IMG/VR virus record: IMGVR_UViG_3300043078_000170
DNA from: a virus
Lineage: Duplodnaviria; Caudoviricetes
DNA length: 64,000 nucleotides
Direction: 5' to 3' (one strand)
The notes under the pieces: generated by a model
Databases searched by the model: none
The model's input: only the letters and a program-made list of their open reading frames with translations
What the model was told of the DNA's origin: nothing
Shown: positions 31,650-43,300 of the stretch, piece by piece
Numbering within the stretch: the stretch's first letter is position 1
Layout of the letters: each line of letters starts with the position of its first letter
Program-made: the position numbers and the translations under genes

Positions 31650-32048
31650 TTACTCAGCGTTAATAGAATCAGAGAATCTTGGGAATGCCTTGAAAGAAAT
31701 TCTCTTCTTAGCAGGTACAGTTACCTTATCACCTGTCTTAGGATTTGTAGCTTCATAAGATTCCTTAACCTTGATCTTGAAACGACCAATGCTAGGAAGA
31801 ATGCAAGTTGTTTCATCAGATGTAGAACTCTTTGCATATTCAGTAAAGCTTTCAGAGAATGCCTGAATTACCTTAGAAACTTCTTCCTTAGTAATCTTCT
31901 TTTCATTTGTAGCATTATACTGATCTCTGATCATAGCATAAAAATCTTCAACATTAGTGATATTAGATGGCTTAACTGTAGATGCAGTAGCCTTAGTTTC
32001 TGTAGTAGCTGTAGTAGCAGCCTTCTTAATAATCTTCTTTGTAGACAT
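31650..32048 (-). CDS. hup: HU/IHF-family DNA-binding protein with Lys/Ala/Thr N-terminal tail
   Basis: LPSIGRFKIK......NPKTGDKVTVPAKKRISFK. Confidence 0.85.
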   Translation of the reverse strand: MSTKKIIKKAATTATTETKATASTVKPSNITNVEDFYAMIRDQYNATNEKKITKEEVSKVIQAFSESFTEYAKSSTSDETTCILPSIGRFKIKVKESYEATNPKTGDKVTVPAKKRISFKAFPRFSDSINAE

Positions 32049-32377
32049 AATAATTACTCCTTTAAATTATATTTTTAATTTTAAGTTCTTGGTATACCAA
32101 AAAACTTTTCTATACTTTTATGTTAGTACTTAAAATTTTGAATTTAAATTTAAATTTCCATAACTGTGTTAAACATTTCAGAGTTAAAAAATTTAAACAT
32201 CGATTCTTTTTATATTTTTTATAAATTTATATTTTTTATAAATTTAATTTAATATATTTTTATTTATTTTTTAAAATTTAAATTTATAAAATAAAATATA
32301 TATTATTAAAGGGTAAGATTAAAAAATATAATTTTTAATTTTATAAAATTTTATCTTAAATAAAAAGGAGAAAAATT

Positions 32378-33946
32378 ATGGCACAATGGAATAAGATGTT
32401 AAAAGAGTTGCATAACTCAATTCCAGAAAAATTTAATGAAGAAATATTTCATCTTAAAGAGAAAGACGATATTCTTCAACATATCTCAGATGCTTGTAGT
32501 AGTCTAGAAAGTATTCAAGGTATTAAATTTCTGGGAGCTAAAAAGATTGATGAGAGAACTCTTTATAAACCATCAAAGGATATTACAGATATTCCTTATG
32601 AACGTTCAAGACTTATTGCTATTGAAATTAAGTTTGAATTAAAAGATCCAAAGAGTTCTGAAACAAAATTAATTAAGAAGAAATTATATTTCCCAAAATT
32701 AATTGATGGTTGTTATTATCTTATTGATGATGTAAAATATTATCCAATCTTTCAGATAGTTGATGCAGAAACATATAAGACTAATAATAGTATTACAATG
32801 AGAACTTCTTTACAACCTATTGTCGTTAGTAAAAAGAATATTTCTATGACCCCAGAAAATACTTTAGAAGAAATTGAAGGTTATTATACTTTCAGTAAAA
32901 TCTTTAATACTAAGATTCCAATCTTTATTTATTTCTTTGCTAATTTTGGAATTACTAATACTCTTAAATATTTTGATTTAGAAGATACTTTTGAAATTAT
33001 TGATAAGAAAAGAATTGACTTTGATGAGCATGAAGATGATTATTTATTTAAACTTGGTTCAATGCTTTATTTATCAGTTCCTAAAAAGTATATGGATGAA
33101 TCGTTACAGAATAAAGTAATGGTATTTACTTTTGTCAATGCTTTTCAGAAGAAAGATAAAGTTTCAACAGAAAAGATTGATGATAAAGATTATTGGATTA
33201 GAAAACTCGGTAGTTATTTTACTAAAAATCAAACTAATTTTGATAATAAAGGTAAATCTGTAAAAGCTTCTTTTGAAAGACTTTTAGATAATACTACTAA
33301 AAGAGTTATTCGTATTCCAGATAGAGATAAGGAAAATATTTACAGCCTTTTAAGATGGTTCTTAATTAATTATGATAGTCTTTTATATCAAAACAATGAT
33401 GACTTGGCTAATAAAAGATTAAGACTTAATGAATGCTTTATTTTCCCACTATTGGAAGTATGGACTCAGGGCGTATTAAGAGTTCTTAATGGAAAAAACA
33501 TTACACTTAAAACTCTTGAATCTTTATTTAGTAATATTCAACCAGATTTTCTTGTTAAGAAGATTAAAACAGCAGATAATCTTAGATATATGAATAATGT
33601 AGATAGTATAGATATTCTTAATAAAATGAAGCTAACTATTGCAGGAAATCAAAGTATTTCTAATTCAAGAGGTGAGATCAGAGGTAAAACTTTGGACCCA
33701 TCGATGATCGGGAATATCGATGTAATTTATACATCGAATAATGACCCAGGTACTACAAGAGCTTTATCAATTGGTGCTAAAGTAAATGATACTTGGCACT
33801 TTACAGAAGAGCCTAATATTATTTCAAATGGCTTTGAAGGTGAAGAATATGATAATCTTGAAGAGCTTGAAGATTCCATCTATGAAGATGTTGATGTTGT
33901 TCAGCTTGGCGATGATGACTTTACTTTTGATATTGATGATGAATAA
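32378..33946 (+). CDS. rpoB: Multisubunit RNA polymerase beta subunit, N-terminal half (probably non-virion RNAP)
   Basis: YFPKLIDGCYYLIDDVKYYPIFQI (beta region A-like), DDLANKRLRL, LDPSMIGNID...DPG (region D-like); early motif at 32294..32306. Confidence 0.75.
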   Translation: MAQWNKMLKELHNSIPEKFNEEIFHLKEKDDILQHISDACSSLESIQGIKFLGAKKIDERTLYKPSKDITDIPYERSRLIAIEIKFELKDPKSSETKLIKKKLYFPKLIDGCYYLIDDVKYYPIFQIVDAETYKTNNSITMRTSLQPIVVSKKNISMTPENTLEEIEGYYTFSKIFNTKIPIFIYFFANFGITNTLKYFDLEDTFEIIDKKRIDFDEHEDDYLFKLGSMLYLSVPKKYMDESLQNKVMVFTFVNAFQKKDKVSTEKIDDKDYWIRKLGSYFTKNQTNFDNKGKSVKASFERLLDNTTKRVIRIPDRDKENIYSLLRWFLINYDSLLYQNNDDLANKRLRLNECFIFPLLEVWTQGVLRVLNGKNITLKTLESLFSNIQPDFLVKKIKTADNLRYMNNVDSIDILNKMKLTIAGNQSISNSRGEIRGKTLDPSMIGNIDVIYTSNNDPGTTRALSIGAKVNDTWHFTEEPNIISNGFEGEEYDNLEELEDSIYEDVDVVQLGDDDFTFDIDDE

Positions 33947-33950
33947 ATAA

Positions 33951-35045
33951 ATGAAGACTAAAACTAATGAAGAGTTCTTAAATGAAATATATGACTTAGT
34001 ACAGGATGAATATTCTGTACTAAGTAAATATATTAATAATAAAACTAAAATTAAATTTCGTCATAATAAATGCAATAATATATTTGAAATTCAACCAACA
34101 CATTTTTTACAAGGTCAAAGATGTCCTTATTGTAGAAAATATAATCCCATTAAAACTACTTCAACAATTGATAAAGAAATTAAAGAATTAACTAATGGTG
34201 AATATATCTTAGTGGGTGAATATAATAACAATAAAGGCTTTATAACTTTAAAGCATCTTAAATGTAATAAAGAATATAAAGTAAAAGCTCATAGCTTTAT
34301 TAATAATGGAGATAGATGTCCTTACTGTAGTAAAACACACAAGAAAACTACAGAAGAATTTATTAAAGATGTTAATAAGCTTTATGGTGATAACGAATAT
34401 ACAGTATTAAGTCCTTATATTAATAACGCAACTAAAATTAAAGTAAAACATAAATGTGGTTATATTTATGAAACAACTCCTAGAAATTTTTTACAGCATT
34501 TTGGATGTCCTAAATGTGCTAATAATATTAAAAAAACTTTAAAAGATTTTAAAGAAGAAGTTAATAGATTAGTAAATGATGAATATACCGTTATAGGAAA
34601 TTATATAAATACAGATACTAATATAAAAATTAAACATGAAAAATGTGGATTTGAATATTATGTAACTCCAAATAATTTCTTAAAAGGTCAAAGATGTCCT
34701 AAATGTAAAAGATCAAAAGGAGAAGAAAGGATAGCTAAATGGCTTAAAGATAATAACTATAATTTTGAAACTCAATATACCTTTGAAGATTGTAAAAATG
34801 AAAGAGTTCTTCCATTTGATTTTAAATTAGAAAAAAATAATAGAATAATTCTTATAGAATATGATGGAGAATTTCATTATAAGCAACAATTTTATTCAAA
34901 GGACTTTGAACTACAGAAGAAAAGAGATTCTATTAAAGATAATTATTGTAAACAACATGAAGATATTGACTTATATAGAATTCCATATACTGAATTTGAT
35001 AATATTGAAAGTATCTTAGAAGGAATTCTTAATAATTATAAATAA
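33951..35045 (+). CDS. Free-standing homing endonuclease (4 Zn-ribbon repeats + nuclease) between the two rpoB halves
   Basis: Four H..C...RCPxC repeats; LPFDFKL..IEYDGEFH; no group I core seen around it. Confidence 0.8.
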   Translation: MKTKTNEEFLNEIYDLVQDEYSVLSKYINNKTKIKFRHNKCNNIFEIQPTHFLQGQRCPYCRKYNPIKTTSTIDKEIKELTNGEYILVGEYNNNKGFITLKHLKCNKEYKVKAHSFINNGDRCPYCSKTHKKTTEEFIKDVNKLYGDNEYTVLSPYINNATKIKVKHKCGYIYETTPRNFLQHFGCPKCANNIKKTLKDFKEEVNRLVNDEYTVIGNYINTDTNIKIKHEKCGFEYYVTPNNFLKGQRCPKCKRSKGEERIAKWLKDNNYNFETQYTFEDCKNERVLPFDFKLEKNNRIILIEYDGEFHYKQQFYSKDFELQKKRDSIKDNYCKQHEDIDLYRIPYTEFDNIESILEGILNNYK

Positions 35046-35102
35046 ACATATATTATTAATTTGTCATATAAAGACAAATAAAATTATAGGAGGAAAATTT
35101 AT

Positions 35103-37515
35103 ATGCACAAACATCCGATTGAATTAGTAGAAGAAAGAGAGAATGAATTTAAAGATAATCATTCTTTCTTAGGTCCAACATGTATGATTCCAGGTTTAGC
35201 TTCAACTGATGCCAACAGAGCTCAAATGGACTCATCGCACTTAGAACAAAGACTACAGGTATTAGAACCTCAAGCACCTTTAATTTATACTGGATTTGAG
35301 AATGAATGGGGTAAGTATTCTTCAGGATATTGCCAACTAAAAGGTAAATGGAAGGTTCTTTGTAAGATTGAAAAGAATGACTATAACTATGATTTAATCA
35401 TTAAGAAGATTAAGAATAGTGAAGAAGAAACTAAGAATTTAAAGAATGGTATTAAACCAGAATTTAATCCAGGTGAATATCATGTAATTCAAAGAAATGA
35501 ATGTACTCATCTTACAGAAAAATATGGTTATAAGCATGATAATAAAATCATTGATTCATTAGAAAAAGGTGATATTATTGAAAATAATACAGTATTATTT
35601 AAAGATAATAACCGTGATGAAGAAATGAATTTAACTCATGGAAGAAATCTTAATGTTGTTTATTTGACTTATGGTGGTCTAACAAATGAAGATGCTATTG
35701 TAATTAGTGAAAGTACTTCTAAGAAAATGGGTCACTATGAAGTTAAAATTGTAGATGTATCATTAAACACTAATGATATATTTGTAAATATGTATGGTAA
35801 TAAAAAATTCTATAAGTCTTTCCCAGATATTGGTGAAGATTGTAAAGATGGATTATTATGTGCAACAAGAAGAATTAATTATTCAACTGCTCCAATTACT
35901 TTAGCTGATACTATTAATCTTATTCCTGAAGATGTAAAGTATAGAGGACATGGTAAAGTAGTTGATCTTCAGGTTATTTCTAATATTGAAAATCCTGAAG
36001 AAGTCTTAGATACAACATATAATAAGCAGATTAAGATTTACTATGATAAACAGCAAAACTATTATAAGAATTTTATTGCTTATGTTGAACCAATTGTTAC
36101 TAATTCAGAAAATAAAGTTAGTAAGGATTTAGTAGATCTTTATAACTATTATTGTAGATTAGTTGATCCGAATAATAAATTCTTAGTAAATGATAATCTA
36201 TTTGATCATCTAAGAATTAAGTTTACTATTCTTGAAGAATGCTCATTAGTTATTGGATCTAAATTGGCAGGACGTTACGGAGATAAAGGTGTTGTTTCAG
36301 AAATTAGACCAGATGATGAAATGCCTAAAGTAACTGATTTTGCTGGTCTTGGCAATCCTGATGAAAATTCTAATGTTAATTTCCAGATTGATATGATATT
36401 AAATCCATTAGGTGTTTCTAATAGACTTAATCCTTCTCAGAATATTGAAACAGAAATTAATTATAATAGTAAATATATTAGATATCAGATGGAACAGAAT
36501 TGGAATGAATGGACTCTTGAAGAAGAAAAGAAGTTTTTAATTGACTATCTTAATGTAGTAGATAAAGAAGAATGTGAAAACATTGAAAAGTTCATGGATA
36601 ATTTATCTGAAGAAGAACTTGAGGAACTACTCTTAGAGATAATTAAAAATGGTATTCCAGTTCATCAAGCACCTTTAAATGGAGCTAAAAATATTGTTGA
36701 TCTAGCAAGAATTTATAATTATACTGGCGTAGATCGTACTAAACTTAAAGATATTACTAATACAGTAATATTTGGTGAAAAGTTTATGATGACGCTTAAG
36801 CATATTCCTGCTTCTAAATTTAGTGCAAGAAGTGTTGATCAATTAAGTATTAAGAATATTCCTGTTAAAAGTAATTTGTATAAAGAATATAAGTCTGATT
36901 ATTCTACTAATGCTATCAAGATCGGTAAATTTTGCTGATGTAAAACTCCTTTAATTGCTGGAAACTCCTTAGTATAAGGACAATCAGCAGCTAATTATTC
37001 TAAGAATTCTTAGAATAAAAGTTCAACGACTATCGAAACCATAAGCTATTATTGAATAGCTGAAGAAGGAAGTAGAGTAGAGCCAAGTGGTTTAGGTTTA
37101 GAGCAATAATCTTATAATTCCTAATTAAATCGAAATGGGGAGCATTTGTTATTATCCAATAACAATGAAGATATAGTCTCAACTCTAGATATAAATAAAA
37201 CTAGAGAAGTTCATAAGAGAACTGCATAAGATTAACGACCTTATGTGAAGATAATTGGAAATGGAAAATATAGGACTTGCTTTAGCAAATCCTGCAAATA
37301 AAAAAGCTATGGAGATTAATAAAAATTATCTTGATGCTTTTGCAAACAATGAAAAAATGAGAATGGATTTAATTGAAACTCAATTATCAGATGATCCTTA
37401 TTGTTTTGACATTGAAAAGTCTGATACTCGTTCAGAAAATTCTAAGATGTTAAGAGCATTCTTAAATTGTATGCAATTAGATATTGAAGAAGATGAAGAG
37501 AATTTTGACGAATAA
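35103..37515 (+). CDS. rpoB: RNA polymerase beta subunit, C-terminal half; exons 35103..36926 and 37258..37515 (about 693 aa)
   Basis: DANRAQM, GLTNEDAIVIS, GSKLAGRYGDKGVVS, DMILNPLGVSNRLN, LKH; splicing restores IKIG|EME (conserved GEME). Confidence 0.92.
36927..37257 (+). mobile_element. Group I intron (331 nt, no ORF) in rpoB-C
   Basis: P1 AUCGGU/GCUGAU; AATTGCTGGAAACTCC, AATCAGCAGC, GTTCAACGACTA, AAGATATAGTC; terminal G at 37257. Confidence 0.92.
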
Positions 37516-37618
37516 TTAAAAATAATTGAAGAGATGAATAAGGAATAAAAAATCCTTATTCATCTTTTATTTTTATATTGGAAATTAACAATTTCCTATA
37601 ACTTAGGAGGTAATTTAA

Positions 37619-39406
37619 ATGGCAAATAGAATTTTTTCAGATGTCCCAAAAGATTCAATGTTTGTGAATTGTTTTTATACATTCTCTGAATATAATGACA
37701 CTAAAGGAGAATATGACCCTGATTCAATTATTGTAGTTCATAAAGATAAAGATGGTAATAAAGGTTATACTTTTATTGAAAAACCTAATTACACTTATTA
37801 TATAACTAAGGATATTGAAAAGCAGTTTAAGAATAATAAAAATGGTTATGAATATCGTTATATTTCTCTTAAAGATGTTATACCAGTAACTGCAAGATAT
37901 TCAAATAGATATAGATCAATGGCTGAACATTCTAATCGTTTGGAAGTTAAAGAATTATATAATAAATTCTCAGAGAAAGGTCTACCTAAAGAAGAAAGAA
38001 GAAAACTTGAAAATATGCATTTATTTAATGAGTTTCATTCTTCAGATGTAGATATTACAGATTATTATATTGATAGATTTATCATGGAAAATAATCAGGA
38101 GAAAAATTCAATTCCAATTGATATATCAACATTTGATATTGAAGTTGATGGTGCAGATTATCCAGGATTTCCTAATGAAGATGATGCACCATGTGAAGTA
38201 AATATGATAACTTATTATAATTTTAAAACTAATAGACTATCTGTATTTATGAAGGAATATGACACTGATACTTTTGAAGAGTTTATAAATGATAAAGAGC
38301 GTAAGATTAAAACTATTAAAGAAGTTAAGGATATTTACAGAGAATATTTTGGTGATTTTTCAGTTAAGCTTTATAGACTAAAATCTGAATTAGATGTCAT
38401 TAAATATTTCTTTATGACTGTAAATAAAGATAAACCAGATTATTGTTGTGCTTGGAACGCTAGATTCGATATCTTTACACTAAAAAATAGACTTGATAAG
38501 ATTCTTGTAGGAACTAATATGACTGCTGAAGATATTATGTGTCCTTCAGACTTTTGTGTAAAGAAAGTTGTTCTTAGAAAAGATGATAGTCAAAAAGCTA
38601 AGAATGATTTTACAGCTAGAACTGACACTTATAATATTTATGGATATACCACATGGCTTGATATGATGGTACTTTATGGAAATATTACAAGACCTCAAGG
38701 TAAAAAAGAATCCTATAGCTTGAATGCTATAGGACTTGAAGAAACAGGACTTGGTAAAGAAAATCTTAGTGAAGAAAATACTAGTATTAAAACTGTATTC
38801 TTAGATAATTATACAAAATTCTTTAAGTATTCTTGCATTGATACATTACTATTGTCGCTTATTGTAAAGAATACTGGATATATAGATCTTCTTCATACAA
38901 TTGTAACATTAACACATACTAGAGCTAGTAAAGCTTTAACTAAAACAGTTTGCTTAAGAAATTATGTAAATATCTTTTATAGAGAAATGGGTTATGTAAT
39001 TTCAAATAATAGATGTAGAGCACATAATGAAACAAGAATTGGTATTAGTGGTGCTTATGTTGCTCCACCAGAATTAATTGATAATGTAGGTGAAATTAAT
39101 GGTATTCCATCTAACAAATGTTTTGATTTTGTAATTGATGAAGACTTATCTGCAATGTATCCAAATATTCTTATAACATTTAATATTTCAAGTTCAACAG
39201 CTTTAAATAGAATTATAGTTAGTGAAAAAACTGGTGAATATGAAACAGTAATGAAGAATAATAAACCAGTAAAGCAAGAAATTATTAAAGATATAACTAA
39301 AGAATTTATGGAGAAGTTTTTGTCAGAAGACTCTGTAAGATATTGTGTTGAATATCATAATCTTCCTGATTATGAAGAAATGTATAATTTATTCAAAGAA
39401 GAATAA
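37619..39406 (+). CDS. Split family-B DNA polymerase, N-terminal subunit (3'-5' exonuclease + motif A)
   Basis: ExoI FDIEV, ExoII WNARFD, ExoIII YSCID, SGAYV, motif A DEDLSAMYPNI..FNIS; ends without motifs B/C. Confidence 0.85.
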   Translation: MANRIFSDVPKDSMFVNCFYTFSEYNDTKGEYDPDSIIVVHKDKDGNKGYTFIEKPNYTYYITKDIEKQFKNNKNGYEYRYISLKDVIPVTARYSNRYRSMAEHSNRLEVKELYNKFSEKGLPKEERRKLENMHLFNEFHSSDVDITDYYIDRFIMENNQEKNSIPIDISTFDIEVDGADYPGFPNEDDAPCEVNMITYYNFKTNRLSVFMKEYDTDTFEEFINDKERKIKTIKEVKDIYREYFGDFSVKLYRLKSELDVIKYFFMTVNKDKPDYCCAWNARFDIFTLKNRLDKILVGTNMTAEDIMCPSDFCVKKVVLRKDDSQKAKNDFTARTDTYNIYGYTTWLDMMVLYGNITRPQGKKESYSLNAIGLEETGLGKENLSEENTSIKTVFLDNYTKFFKYSCIDTLLLSLIVKNTGYIDLLHTIVTLTHTRASKALTKTVCLRNYVNIFYREMGYVISNNRCRAHNETRIGISGAYVAPPELIDNVGEINGIPSNKCFDFVIDEDLSAMYPNILITFNISSSTALNRIIVSEKTGEYETVMKNNKPVKQEIIKDITKEFMEKFLSEDSVRYCVEYHNLPDYEEMYNLFKEE

Positions 39407-39518
39407 ATGAATAAAAAACTCTCTAGGATTTTTTAAGATCCTAGAGAGAAATATTAAAATAAAGGAGTAAATTGGCTAAAATTTAACCTAATGGTTTGTT
39501 TTAAAAGGAGTTAAAAAT

Positions 39519-40280
39519 ATGAAATTAGTTGATAAAGAACTTAAGAATTTCTTAAAGAAAATATACGATCTTAATCAAATAATGAAGAATATTTACAAGG
39601 ATGAACCTAACTTTAGTCCTTCATATATTCTTACAAATAAAAAAGCTATTTATGCAGATATAGATTGTATTCCAGAAATTATTAAATATGATTTTAATGA
39701 ACCTATTGAAACTGAATTTAGAGTAATAGTTCATGCATCAGATTTCTTTTCAGTATTTAAAGATTCAAAGTTTAAAGAAGATATTAAATCAATTGTTATT
39801 AATAAAGATTCTATAGAATTTTATAATGATAATTCAGTTATTTATAAACTTAGTGATGATGAATCTATTATAACTAAAATAGATACTCTTTGTAATAATT
39901 ATGCTGAAAATTGTAGTGATAATCTTTTATGGGATTTTAATTTAAAAGAAGAAATTATTAAAGAAGTTGTAAATAAAAATAAAGAATTAATTCAATTAGT
40001 TTGTGATGTTGATAATGTAGAAGCTTATAATATTAAAGAAATTGATATTGATGAATTAGAAGATATAGCTTACTTTGAAATGTTCTTAAACAAAAAATTC
40101 ATTAATGGAATTTCTTATAAAGAGAAAAAACTTAAAAGTGGTAATAAAATAGAATATACACCAATTCATATTAGAGTATATGAAACACCTAAAAATGATA
40201 TTTATTATGCTGTAAATCTTATTGTATTTCTTAAAAATAAGGATGCTATAGAACATCACTTTATAATCTGTGATTTTTAA
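39519..40280 (+). CDS. Hypothetical protein
   Basis: AAGGAG RBS, 253 aa. Confidence 0.6.
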   Translation: MKLVDKELKNFLKKIYDLNQIMKNIYKDEPNFSPSYILTNKKAIYADIDCIPEIIKYDFNEPIETEFRVIVHASDFFSVFKDSKFKEDIKSIVINKDSIEFYNDNSVIYKLSDDESIITKIDTLCNNYAENCSDNLLWDFNLKEEIIKEVVNKNKELIQLVCDVDNVEAYNIKEIDIDELEDIAYFEMFLNKKFINGISYKEKKLKSGNKIEYTPIHIRVYETPKNDIYYAVNLIVFLKNKDAIEHHFIICDF

Positions 40281-40355
40281 TTATTATTTAAAAATATTAT
40301 TAAGAAAGGCTATTATTTTAATAGCCTTCTTTTTTTTATAAGGATGGTGAATTAA

Positions 40356-43300
40356 ATGGCTAAAAATGACGATAAAAAGCAAGCTGAAGAGCTTAAAAAG
40401 AATACTAAAACGAGAATAGGTTTGTTTAGTCGTAACAATTTCTCCAATAAAGTAAGTAACAATCAAAAAAATATTAAAGATGATTTAAACGAACAAGACA
40501 GAAATATAAATTCAGCTTTATTTGGTGGTTATGAAAATACTATTGATCAAATTAATAATACAGAATTAGATCCTACAAAGGCTCTTGAGAAAAAATTAGA
40601 AACTATTAATAATAAATTTAAACCAATAATTGGCGGAAATCCAATGGAATTCTTAAACAGAATTGAAATGGATAATAAAACATCTAATAATAATCCTGCT
40701 GATAAAAATAAAAATAATGGAAAAAATGGAAGAATTAAAAAATTAGAAAATATGCTTAAAAATTCTAATGGTGAATTCTTTCTTGAAGAAAAGGATAGAT
40801 TTTTTAAATATGAAGATTATCGTTTGATTGATTCATATATTCCAGAAGTTTCTAAGTGTTTAGATTTATTTAGAGATTGTATTTTATCACCAGATGATTT
40901 AACTAAAAGATCTTTAAATTATTATTATAATGGAGTAAGTATTGAAGGAAATGAAAATCCAGAAAATAAATTTATTAATAGTAATTTAGAATTATTAGAA
41001 AAAACTTATGATCTTAAAAAGATTATTAGAACGGATATTAGAGAAGCTTGTCAATTAGGTGATTTATTTTATTTATTAATGCCATATGAAGTAGGATTTA
41101 CTAAAATATTTAAAGAAGATAATGTAAATGAATCTTTAGAACATGATTCAAATTTATATGGTGATTATATTACTGAAGATATGTTAAATCTAGATAATGA
41201 TGAGGATTTTAATTCTTTATTTGATGATATGATTTATCTAAATGAAACATCTAATAGAGCTAAAGAAAAGAAAGAAAATATTGAAAGAGCTAAAAAAGAT
41301 ATTTTAGACTCTATTAATAATAATATTAAATTCTATAAAGATCCAACAGATATTCTTTCTGAGAAGAAACAAGAACAACAAAAATCAAAAGATATGAAAG
41401 GTATTAATATTAACGGTAGTATATTTAAAAAATTACCTCCTGAAAATATTATAGTACTAGAAATTGATGATCAAATACTTGGTTATATTTATATTGAAAA
41501 GAATAATATAAATCTACAACATGATAAACAAGGTTCTAGAAATAATAACCCTAATTCATTAAGATCTGGTAATACTGGTTCTTCTATCAATACTTCTGAT
41601 AGTTTAGGTTATGGTTCTAATGATGTATTTAATTCTAGATATGATTATCTTAATAGAGACCAGACACAAATTAAATCTAAATATGCTTTAATATCTCAGA
41701 TTTTTATTAAAGGTATTTCAAAGAAAATTAATAAAGACTTTTTAGTAAGAAATCAGGAGTTTAAAGATTTAATATATACTTTGGTACATGAAGAATATAT
41801 TACTAAAAAAGAAGTTAAAATGACGTTTATTGAACCTCAATATATACATCATCTTAAATTAAGCAGTACTGATATTTATGGTGTAAGTAAAATTAGTAAG
41901 AGTGTATTTTTCTGTAAGATTTATTTAAGTCATTTATTAACTAATTTAATGCAAAAAATTATAAGAGGTCGTGATAAACGAGCGTTCTATATAGAAACTG
42001 GTTTAGATGACGACATGGAAGGTGCAATTCAAGGATTTATTAGAGATATTAAATCTAAAGAACTTACTTCAGGTCATTTAAAGAATATTACAACTATTTT
42101 AAATAGTGTTGGTAGTTTTGAAGATTACTATATTCCTACTATTGATGGACAGAGATCAGTTGAGATTAACATATCAGTCTCCTTATTATCGAAAGATAAT
42201 TTGTAAAATTTCGTGAACTGCTGGGAATTCCTTAGAGCTTTATAGGCTGAAACGGAATAAGTGATTATAGACGGTATAGCTTAAGAACTATAAAGATTGG
42301 ATAATCAGCAACTAAGAATTCTTTTTTTTTTATATTATTGAAAAGGATAAGAATAAAATGAGTGCTAAAAGAAAAACACATGAAGAGTTTATTAAAGAAG
42401 TTAAAGAATTAGTAAATGAAGAATATACAGTATTAGAAAAGTATAAGTCTTCTTCAATTAAAATAAAGATAAGACACAATACTTGTAATAATATTTATGA
42501 AGTAACTCCTAATAAATTTTTACAAGGTAGAAGATGTCCTTATTGTAAATCAAAAGCTATAAGTAAATCATTAATAAGAACTCAAAAAGAGTTTGAAGAT
42601 ATTATTAATAATAAATTTAATGGTGAATATACAGTATTAGGTAATTATATAAATAATAGTGTTAAATTAGAAATAAAACATAATAAGTGTAAGAATACTT
42701 GGATGGTTTCACCTACTAATATTTTAAATAATAGAAGTACTTGTCCTTATTGTTCTGGAAAACATAAATATACAACTAAAGAATATTATAATAAAATTAA
42801 AAATGATACTAATGGTGAATATATTTTAATTAGTGATTATATTAATAATAAAACTAAAGTTAAAATAAAACATACAGTATGTAATAATACATATGAAGTA
42901 AAACCATATCATTTCAATAATGGAACAAGATGTCCTTATTGTTCTAATCATAATACATTAACTTTAGAAAATATTAAAGATATAATTGAAAATAATTTTA
43001 ATTATACAGTTTTACCAGATACTAATTATACAGGATATAAAGACAAATGTTTACATTTAAAGCATAATTTATGTAATAATGATTTTATGATAGATTATGA
43101 TCATTTTAAACAAGGAACAAGATGTCCTAAATGTAATATGTCTTCAGGTGAAGAAATAATTTATAATTATTTAAAAGAAAATAATTTAGAATTTATTAGA
43201 GAATATACTTTTAATGATTTATACGATAAAGATATTAATAAACCTTTAAGATTTGATTTTAGAGTTAACTTAAATAATGATTATATTTTAATTGAATTTG

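Noticed and set aside
32049-32377. Replication origin in extremely AT-rich intergenic regions (also 15504..15790)
   Set aside because: No iterons seen; explained adequately by divergent promoters in an AT-rich genome.
33951-35045. Intron around the endonuclease between the rpoB halves
   Set aside because: No group I core elements flank it; both neighbours have their own stop or RBS/start.
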